A stretch of 23,967 bases of DNA from Candidatus Heimdallarchaeota archaeon. Lineage in GTDB: Archaea; Asgardarchaeota; Heimdallarchaeia; Heimdallarchaeales; Heimdallarchaeaceae. Both the position numbers and the translations under genes were made by a program. The stretch lies in NCBI GenBank assembly GCA_016839945.1, contig JAEOTE010000085.1, forward strand, positions 1-23,967, given 5' to 3'. The notes beneath the pieces were generated by a model that was given only the letters and a program-made list of their open reading frames with translations, had not been told where the DNA came from and searched no databases. The first letter of the stretch is position 1. The number at the start of each line of letters is the position of its first letter. Shown one piece after another: positions 17,318-23,967 of the stretch.

Positions 17318-18193
17318 TTATAATATTTCTTCTTCTATAATTTTTTTAAGCATAATAGTAAATTCATCAACCCCAGGTTTCATATGAATAAAATCATAAC
17401 TAGGAACATCTAATATTTTACTGTTTTTTATCAATTGATTTACTTTGTTTACTTCTTCAAATTTATGATATTTATCACCTGAAGTCCTGATTATATAAAC
17501 TGGACAATTTGTTTCAGAGAAATCTTCAGTAGCATTCCAGTCATGTAAACTTTTACATAGCTTCCATCTTCGAACATCAACATTCTTAATCCTTTCATAG
17601 AAAATTTGTTTCTGGAAACCATCGGAAACTCTCTTCTTCAGATATATTCTAGCAACCATTTTCCCCACTGGATCTAGTAAGAAAAGTGGTAAAGGAAGTA
17701 TTAGTTTGATTATCAAACTAGGACTTCTTGGTATAGTAGCTGGTCCTGTGAAAAAACAAAGGAGGGGATTAACCATCTTTTGACTTATACAATGTGATAC
17801 ATAACTAGCTCCACTGCTAGAGGCAAAAAATATAACTTTTTTTTCATCTATTCCGAGATAATGTAATGCTTCAGTAATATCTAATGCAATTCTTTGAGTT
17901 GAACATTCACTTTTTTTTGTTAACTTATTAGTAGGTTTATCTCTTGGATCTAACACAATAAGGTTAAATTTCTCATGCAATGCATCCCAAAAATCTGACC
18001 AAGGAAAAACACCAGAAGCAAAACCTTGAACGAAGAAAAAGACTAAATTCCCCTTTTCTTCAAAATTAATCGAATGATAACAGAAAATTTCCTCTCCATC
18101 TGACATTAAGATATATTCTTTGTTAGAGTTATTAACGAAAGTTCTTTCTTGAACATAATTTTCATCGAAGTTATAGGAATTACCACCCAGCAT
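17318..18193 (-). CDS. Alpha/beta hydrolase fold protein, paralog of 16411-17262
   Basis: SDGEEI, FVQGFAS, FASSSGAS, FIHM. Shares W.D.WD.L...FNL, D....L..L, W.ATED and VP.....H..PG with the neighbour. Confidence 0.75.
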   Translation of the reverse strand: MLGGNSYNFDENYVQERTFVNNSNKEYILMSDGEEIFCYHSINFEEKGNLVFFFVQGFASGVFPWSDFWDALHEKFNLIVLDPRDKPTNKLTKKSECSTQRIALDITEALHYLGIDEKKVIFFASSSGASYVSHCISQKMVNPLLCFFTGPATIPRSPSLIIKLILPLPLFLLDPVGKMVARIYLKKRVSDGFQKQIFYERIKNVDVRRWKLCKSLHDWNATEDFSETNCPVYIIRTSGDKYHKFEEVNKVNQLIKNSKILDVPSYDFIHMKPGVDEFTIMLKKIIEEEIL

Positions 18194-18238
18194 AGTGCAT
18201 CATATCTTTATCTTGTTATCATCGATTCCAGTTTTTGT

Positions 18239-19102
18239 TTAATCAACATGTGGGAAAAGTGTGATCTGAAAGCTTTTAACTCCTGTAGAATTAAAAACAC
18301 ATGGAGAGAGTTCCCATTTCAATACTTCATGAATCTTAACTTTCTTTCTAAGCTCACCTTCGATTTTACTATAGTATTTCTGATTATTAGCATCAGTAAA
18401 TAGTAGGTCATACTCTATGTCAGAAGATATGAATTCATCAAATCTTTCAAAAACTTTCTTGAGAGCTCCTCCGAATCCCATTCCTGCACCTATACTTTGA
18501 GGAGGAGAATCTAATACAATGTGAAATAGAGGTTTTAAGCTCATAACTTTGGACATAATATTCAAAGATGCTTTCTTTTGAATTTTACCTGTCTTAAATA
18601 AACCTTCAAATGAAGGCGAAACTCCAACAGTGAGAGTTTGAGTTTTCATTACATCTAATTCAGATATTACTTCAGGAACTGTCTTTCCTTTGTTTAACAG
18701 TTTAATTGCATTGTGTACTAAAGCTCCTTGACTTGCTGTACTCAAACCACATTCGTAAAGTGTGATTTTAACATCTTTTCCTAATTGTTTTGCTGCAACT
18801 TTAGTTGAATTATATTGATTAGACACAGTTGGAGATACACCAATGTAGAATATTTCATCAAAATCTTCTTTGGTTCCTTGTTCTAGAATATCTAATGCAT
18901 CTTGAGGACTTGCTATTGTCGTTTTTGGAAATTCTTTCATTCCAGATAATGATTTCATAAATTCATTTCTATCTATTTCAGAAAGCTCTTTGAGAGCATC
19001 ATCACCAAAATAAACCTTGCTCTCTATAACACCAATCTTTTCTTTTTTTACTAAATCTGATGGAAGACTGGCATGAGAGTCTGTAACAATTTTAACTTTC
19101 AT
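18239..19102 (-). CDS. DegV/FakB-family lipid-binding protein (divergent)
   Basis: KIVTDS..SLP N-terminus, PKTT..SP, VSPTVS, L.KTGKI, LKPLF; 287 aa is typical of DegV. Confidence 0.85.
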   Translation of the reverse strand: MKVKIVTDSHASLPSDLVKKEKIGVIESKVYFGDDALKELSEIDRNEFMKSLSGMKEFPKTTIASPQDALDILEQGTKEDFDEIFYIGVSPTVSNQYNSTKVAAKQLGKDVKITLYECGLSTASQGALVHNAIKLLNKGKTVPEVISELDVMKTQTLTVGVSPSFEGLFKTGKIQKKASLNIMSKVMSLKPLFHIVLDSPPQSIGAGMGFGGALKKVFERFDEFISSDIEYDLLFTDANNQKYYSKIEGELRKKVKIHEVLKWELSPCVFNSTGVKSFQITLFPHVD

Positions 19103-19123
19103 AGACGTTATAATATTGAGGAC

Positions 19124-19131
19124 TATAAAAA
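19124..19131 (-). promoter_or_regulatory. Candidate TATA box for DegV, probable leaderless transcript
   Basis: Minus strand AAAAA-TTTTTATA, 22-29 nt upstream of ATG 19102. Confidence 0.5.
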
Positions 19132-19229
19132 TTTTTAGAGTATATTACTTCCAATTTATTATAATTCTTTTTGTAGAAAAAACAAATCACCCATAAAATT
19201 TAAGAAAAAGAAGCACTAAATTTAGTTCT

Positions 19230-19745
19230 ATGAAGCTAATTAAAATTATTTTAGGAATTCTGCTTTTTGTAGTTCCTATTGGATTTCACTTAACATCCAC
19301 AGGTTTCTTTATGATGGCACCAATAGGTGCTTTAGCTACTGATAGTGGAGATACTAGTTTTGCAGTTCATACTTTCAAATGGTATTCAGATGGGGGAAGA
19401 GTAGAATATATTTTGGACTGGGAAAATGCTGCAGAAATCTGGGCTTCGTTGTGGATGATGCAAATAGAATTTCTTGATACTGATATGTCTACTACAGGTG
19501 TTTTTACAGTAATCATTTTATTTGCAATTGCACTTTATGTTTTCCTATCTTTCTTTAATGATAAGACTATATCTTTAGTTGCTGATATAATAATGATAGC
19601 TTGTGCAATAATGGCACTTATAGCATTCTTAATTGTAACCGATGACTTTGGAGTAATTTTTGATACTAATATACCTATTTTTGCAATTGCTGGTGGAATC
19701 TTAGGTTTGATTGGATTATTTTACAGCTTGAAACAGAAAAAATAA
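19230..19745 (+). CDS. Uncharacterised integral membrane protein (about 4 TM helices)
   Basis: One N-terminal hydrophobic helix, a polar/aromatic loop of about 60 aa, three further hydrophobic helices and a basic KQKK tail. Confidence 0.7.
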   Translation: MKLIKIILGILLFVVPIGFHLTSTGFFMMAPIGALATDSGDTSFAVHTFKWYSDGGRVEYILDWENAAEIWASLWMMQIEFLDTDMSTTGVFTVIILFAIALYVFLSFFNDKTISLVADIIMIACAIMALIAFLIVTDDFGVIFDTNIPIFAIAGGILGLIGLFYSLKQKK

Positions 19746-19756
19746 TTCCATTATTT

Positions 19757-21382
19757 TTAATGATATATATGCTCTTCTTCATATATTTTTGGTTTAAATA
19801 TTTTTGATGTAACAAACACAAAAGGTAAACAGAATGCTAGAGTTAAACCAACTAATGCAAAAAGCATGAAATAAAAGTTAGCATAAGGTATTGAATGATA
19901 ACAGGAAATTAAATTATTTGAACATAATTGTTGAATTATCGCATCAACAGTTAACCAGAGGAAGAAAATTCCTATTGCTGAAAAAAATGAACCCCAAGCA
20001 TAGATTGGAACTTTCTTATTCCACTGTGTTTTTCCAGGTATCATTTTATTTTTACCAAATAAACCTTTGAAAGCTGGTATTAGATAAAATGGTGCAGTAA
20101 GACTTCCAAATGTTAAGAAGAAAGGAACATGCCAAAGTTTTAGTGGGAAAGTAGCTGATTTCATAGAATAAAGTGTAGTTGCAGTTATTGTTGCGAAATA
20201 AATGATAAATGTAAAAGAAACTATTACAATTAACCAAAGTTGACCTAAGAACCATGCTCTAACTAATGGTACTTTTAGGAAATAAAGAATTGTATAAATT
20301 ATTCCCAGAAAGTAGAATGAAGTTGCAGCTACAACAAGTAAAGAAGAAAAGACTATATCGATTGCTTGTCTGAGTTTCATTTTCCTTTTCAATACATTTT
20401 TTATTAAATTTCCAGTATGATCAGACATTGCTCCAGATTGTCCTGTAAACCATCTGAAAAGTTGACTGATTTGATGTGGCATGGTTTCAGGAACAAGAGA
20501 GTGTGATCCGATCTCATCCAAAAAATAACCTTTTTTGCCTTCCATAATGAGTTTAATAGAATGGTCAAAATCTTCAGTCATTTGCCCTTCAGGAAGAGGA
20601 TAACCATATTCTCTTCTGAAAACAGCTGTTGAACCACTGTAAAGCACAGTCCCTATTTTCCTTCTGGCATTTTCTGAACAAAATGTTTGCATCAAAGACA
20701 TAGCTTCCCAGACATGTAGAAGATTCGTTACATTCCTGAAACCGAATTTTGCTTGAATAAAAGCGAATTCTGGGTATTGTTCCATTATTGCAACAAATTT
20801 AGCAAGAATATTTTTATCAGGTATATGATCTACATCAAAAAAAACCAGTAGTTCACCATCAGTTTTTGGAATAACTATGTTAACCATATGAGCTTTAAAT
20901 CTATCATTAGGTTCATAGTAATAGGTAAATTTGTGCTTGTTAGTGACTTCTTCACACTTAGCTCTTAGTGTCTCATTAGGACTATCATCAGCTACCCACA
21001 AGTCAAAATGTGTGTATGATTGTTTACTAAAGCCTATTAATGTATCTTCCAAAACTTGATGTTGAACATTGTGAATAGGAACAATTACACTAACTTTTGT
21101 TTTTCCAGTTATTTTCTTCAAATCATAGGGTTCTTCTCCTACTTTTAGCACTCCATCTATTAGCTGAATTGCAAAATAAAGTGCAAAGAAGAATCCAATT
21201 ACTTCAACAATGAGAGCAATAATATTTAGTACTTGACCTCCTGCTCTCAGTTCATTATCAAAATCTCCAATGATATTAACTAAAGACCAAACAAAATAAG
21301 CTATGATAAATATATAAATAATATAACCTACTGTGTGATTTAATTTGCTCCATAGCTTCTTATTGGTCATGTATTTGCTCAA
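19757..21382 (-). CDS. Processive family-2 glycosyltransferase, cellulose-synthase-like
   Basis: Two N-terminal TMs, ADDS, FKAHMVN, FDVDH (DxD), YSGS, TED, QLFRW (QxxRW), then multiple C-terminal TMs. Start is TTG 21382 or ATG 21370. Confidence 0.88.
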   Translation of the reverse strand: MSKYMTNKKLWSKLNHTVGYIIYIFIIAYFVWSLVNIIGDFDNELRAGGQVLNIIALIVEVIGFFFALYFAIQLIDGVLKVGEEPYDLKKITGKTKVSVIVPIHNVQHQVLEDTLIGFSKQSYTHFDLWVADDSPNETLRAKCEEVTNKHKFTYYYEPNDRFKAHMVNIVIPKTDGELLVFFDVDHIPDKNILAKFVAIMEQYPEFAFIQAKFGFRNVTNLLHVWEAMSLMQTFCSENARRKIGTVLYSGSTAVFRREYGYPLPEGQMTEDFDHSIKLIMEGKKGYFLDEIGSHSLVPETMPHQISQLFRWFTGQSGAMSDHTGNLIKNVLKRKMKLRQAIDIVFSSLLVVAATSFYFLGIIYTILYFLKVPLVRAWFLGQLWLIVIVSFTFIIYFATITATTLYSMKSATFPLKLWHVPFFLTFGSLTAPFYLIPAFKGLFGKNKMIPGKTQWNKKVPIYAWGSFFSAIGIFFLWLTVDAIIQQLCSNNLISCYHSIPYANFYFMLFALVGLTLAFCLPFVFVTSKIFKPKIYEEEHIYH

Positions 21383-21454
21383 TACACTAGGTTATTTAAA
21401 TTTTAATAAATGATATCAAAAAAAATCAAGTTATCTATCTAAAAAAATTAAAAA

Positions 21455-21462
21455 TATAAATA
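21455..21462 (+). promoter_or_regulatory. Candidate TATA box for the PPS-panB transcript (leaderless)
   Basis: TATAAATA preceded by an A-run, 22-29 nt upstream of ATG 21484. Confidence 0.5.
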
Positions 21463-21483
21463 ACCAATTCTAATGTTGTTCTA

Positions 21484-22272
21484 ATGTCAGTTCCAGAAGA
21501 TCATCCAAGAGCAGAATCACTGAAGGTAAGAGAGAAAATAATCGAAGGAATGCACCAAAGTATTGTAGCAGAAGCTGGTTTAATTGCTCATGGTAGAGGA
21601 GAAGCTTTTGATTATATTATTGGAGAAAAAACTCCTGAATTCGCGGTTAAACAACAAGAAGCAGCTGTTGCTTTACTTTTATTAGCTGAAAAACCAGTAA
21701 TAAGTGTAAACGGGAATGTAGCAGCTTTATGTCCTAAGGAAACAGTTGAGTTCTCAAAAATAGTTGGAGCATCAATTGAAATTAATCTTTTTTATAGAAA
21801 ATCTGAAAGAGAAAAAGCTATAGAGGAAGTACTAAAAGAAGCAGGTTGTGATGAGATTTTAGGGATTGACCCAATATATCATACTTACATAACCGAATTG
21901 TCTCATCTTAGAAGAATTGTTGATAAAAGGGGTATCTTTTCAGCTGATGTTGTTTTTGTACCCCTAGAAGACGGTGATAGAACTATGGCATTAAGAAAGA
22001 TGGGGAAGAATGTTATTTCTATTGATCTAAATCCTTTGTCTAGAACTTCTCTATGGTCAAACATAACGATTGTAAACAATCTTATTAGAGCATTTCCTGA
22101 GATGATAGAAACAGCTAAGAAACTCAAGGAAAAAGATAATCTTGAATTGAAGAAAATAGTAGCTGATTTCAATAACTTTAATTCTTTGAAAAAGACATTA
22201 TCAGTGCTCTCCAAAGGACTAGATAATTTAGCAAAAGGAGAACTAAAAGATCCTACAAGAAAATTGAGATAG
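21484..22272 (+). CDS. 4-phosphopantoate--beta-alanine ligase (archaeal phosphopantothenate synthetase, COG1701)
   Basis: HPRAESL, GLIAHGRGEAFDY, ISVNGN, EINLFYR, VPLEDGDR and IDLNPLSRT signature motifs. Confidence 0.95.
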   Translation: MSVPEDHPRAESLKVREKIIEGMHQSIVAEAGLIAHGRGEAFDYIIGEKTPEFAVKQQEAAVALLLLAEKPVISVNGNVAALCPKETVEFSKIVGASIEINLFYRKSEREKAIEEVLKEAGCDEILGIDPIYHTYITELSHLRRIVDKRGIFSADVVFVPLEDGDRTMALRKMGKNVISIDLNPLSRTSLWSNITIVNNLIRAFPEMIETAKKLKEKDNLELKKIVADFNNFNSLKKTLSVLSKGLDNLAKGELKDPTRKLR

Positions 22273-22297
22273 ATAAACAAAATCTAAAGTGAGAAGA

Positions 22298-23101
22298 ATG
22301 AAGAAAAAAATAACAGTAAAAGATTTTGCCAGTATGAAGGAGGAAGGTGAAAAAATATCTATGATTTCAGCTTATACTTATCCAATAGCTAGAATATTAG
22401 ATGAAGTTGGAATAGATTCTATTTTAGTTGGAGATTCCTTAGGAATGAATATCTTGGGGTATGAAAATACCCTTAATGTAACTTTAGAGGATTCAATCAG
22501 ACACACTCAAGCTGTAGCTAGAGGTGCAAAAAGAGCTCTAGTAATAGGAGATATGCCGTTTTTATCCTTTGGGGTAAGTGTTGAAGAAGAAACTAAAAAT
22601 GCCGGAAAATTGGTTCAGGAAGGAAATTGTGAAGCTGTGAAGCTAGAAGGAGGAAAGGAGAGAATAGATGACATCAGAGCTATAAAATCGATTGGTATTC
22701 CTGTTTTAGGTCATATAGGATTGACTCCTACATACATCAACATGTATGGAGGTTATAAGGTTCAAGGGAGAGAAAGTAAAGATGAAGAAAGATTACTCAA
22801 GGATGCCAAGTTACTAGAAGATGCTGGAGTTTTTGGAATTGTTTTGGAAGCTATTCCTTGGAAATTAGGAAAGAAAATAACTGAAGAACTAACAATACCT
22901 ACAATAGGGATAGGAGCTGGAGAATTTTGCGATGGGCAAGTTTTAGTTATTGATGATTTAATTGGTTTAAGTCACATAATTAAACCAAAGTTTGTCAAGC
23001 ATTACGCAAATACACAAGAAATAATTCAAAAAGCAGTTAAGACCTACATTGAAGATGTTAAAGAGACAAAGTATCCCTCAGAAGAATATAGATACGATTA
23101 G
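22298..23101 (+). CDS. panB: 3-methyl-2-oxobutanoate (ketopantoate) hydroxymethyltransferase
   Basis: ILVGDSLG, GDMPF, AVKLEGG, GHIGLTP, TIGIGAG...DGQVLV motifs. ATG 22298 or GTG 22289. Confidence 0.97.
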   Translation: MKKKITVKDFASMKEEGEKISMISAYTYPIARILDEVGIDSILVGDSLGMNILGYENTLNVTLEDSIRHTQAVARGAKRALVIGDMPFLSFGVSVEEETKNAGKLVQEGNCEAVKLEGGKERIDDIRAIKSIGIPVLGHIGLTPTYINMYGGYKVQGRESKDEERLLKDAKLLEDAGVFGIVLEAIPWKLGKKITEELTIPTIGIGAGEFCDGQVLVIDDLIGLSHIIKPKFVKHYANTQEIIQKAVKTYIEDVKETKYPSEEYRYD

Positions 23102-23103
23102 AT

Positions 23104-23967
23104 TTACAATTTTCTTACAGTTTTAAAACAGATTTCTTCTTCTCTTAGATCATCTATTTCTGGAAGATATGATGGTTTATCGTAAAGAATGAAGACACCA
23201 TTTCCTAACATGATTTGACTAATTAAGACATCTTCTTCTGAGTTTTCTTCATAAATATCTATTATTTCAGGAGTAACTAGTAGAGTTCCTAAGCTGAATT
23301 CTTTTGACATTTTTGCAAAATTACTAATGGTTGGTTCATTGATTATACAATCTACAAAATGATTTCCAACAACATTGATTTTTTCTTTCCATTCCTTATT
23401 CTTAATTATCGATTTTGTTGCTATCTCTCCAAAAGTAGCTGTTGCTATTTTATACCCATTTTGAACGATGTTTTCAGCTTTTCCAATAAAAGGAGCACCT
23501 TCCTTTGATCTAAATTCCCATCCTCCTTGGTAAAGAGATAATATGTCTCCTAGTCCCCCACCTTCATTTATTTCTGCAATATGAGCAATGCCATACAGAG
23601 TTTTTTCTTCCAAATTTATGTCCAATAAATCATTTAACGCGAAAGAACATCCAAGAGCTCCTGAAGCACTAGCTCCAAAACCACAAGAAAGAGGAACCTC
23701 AAAATCATGATATATTGAGATACTATAATCATTAGCATTTGTAGGTTTCATTAGAGTAAGAAATTGGTTGAGTACATTGTTGGTTACATTAGCAATATCA
23801 GATGATACTTCATTATCGTTAAAATAGAAATGATTCTTTTTGTCGTCTGAAAATTCTACTTTTATTGTTGTTCCTCTAGAAATTGAAAAACCTGCTCCTC
23901 TTGATCCTCTGAATAATGGATCAAGATGCTCATCGTGTATTGTAAAGAAACCTGTTATATGTGAAGC
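23104..23967 (-). CDS. Pantoate kinase (GHMP kinase family); first few residues lie beyond the window end
   Basis: The frame is open from the window end: ASHITGFFT...GSRGAGFSI, then VPLSCGFGASAS, AHIAE...GLGD. HITGFF and GS.GAG are PoK signatures, and the gene neighbours PPS and panB. Confidence 0.92.
   Translation of the reverse strand, partial: ASHITGFFTIHDEHLDPLFRGSRGAGFSISRGTTIKVEFSDDKKNHFYFNDNEVSSDIANVTNNVLNQFLTLMKPTNANDYSISIYHDFEVPLSCGFGASASGALGCSFALNDLLDINLEEKTLYGIAHIAEINEGGGLGDILSLYQGGWEFRSKEGAPFIGKAENIVQNGYKIATATFGEIATKSIIKNKEWKEKINVVGNHFVDCIINEPTISNFAKMSKEFSLGTLLVTPEIIDIYEENSEEDVLISQIMLGNGVFILYDKPSYLPEIDDLREEEICFKTVRKL

Noticed and set aside
21903-22280. 125-aa minus-strand ORF
   Set aside because: Antisense to the well-conserved PPS gene.
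23104-23751. ORF-track start at 23751 for the kinase
   Set aside because: The frame is open to the window end and includes the conserved HITGFF and GSRGAG motifs upstream.

Overview
AT-rich, gene-dense archaeal window. Pantoate kinase plus phosphopantothenate synthetase, TATA-type promoters and GGTGA-type Shine-Dalgarno sites show it is archaeal. DegV, an acyl-CoA dehydratase activase and many C-terminally anchored exoproteins suggest an Asgard/Heimdallarchaeia-like organism (inference only). Contents in order: a partial 2-hydroxyacyl-CoA dehydratase activase, a DRG/OBG-like TGS GTPase with altered G3/G4 motifs, two tandem membrane-anchored HExxH metallopeptidases plus a frameshifted remnant of a third copy's 5' end, an MBL-fold hydrolase, a transglutaminase-like gene split by an in-frame TGA, a heterodimeric ABC exporter, TatD, a Cys-rich DUF3795-like protein, an anchored metallophosphoesterase, two uncharacterised surface proteins, a membrane-spanning wHTH regulator, two alpha/beta hydrolases with a divergent DegV, a 4-TM protein, a cellulose-synthase-like GT2 and the archaeal CoA genes (PPS, panB, PoK). 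The best candidate for an undescribed system is at 14116-16332. There an ectodomain-TM-wHTH regulator lies directly upstream of six helically phased TGAAAC-like repeats and a palindrome, which abut the weak TATA box of a surface-protein gene. No RNA genes, CRISPR arrays or mobile elements were recognised.
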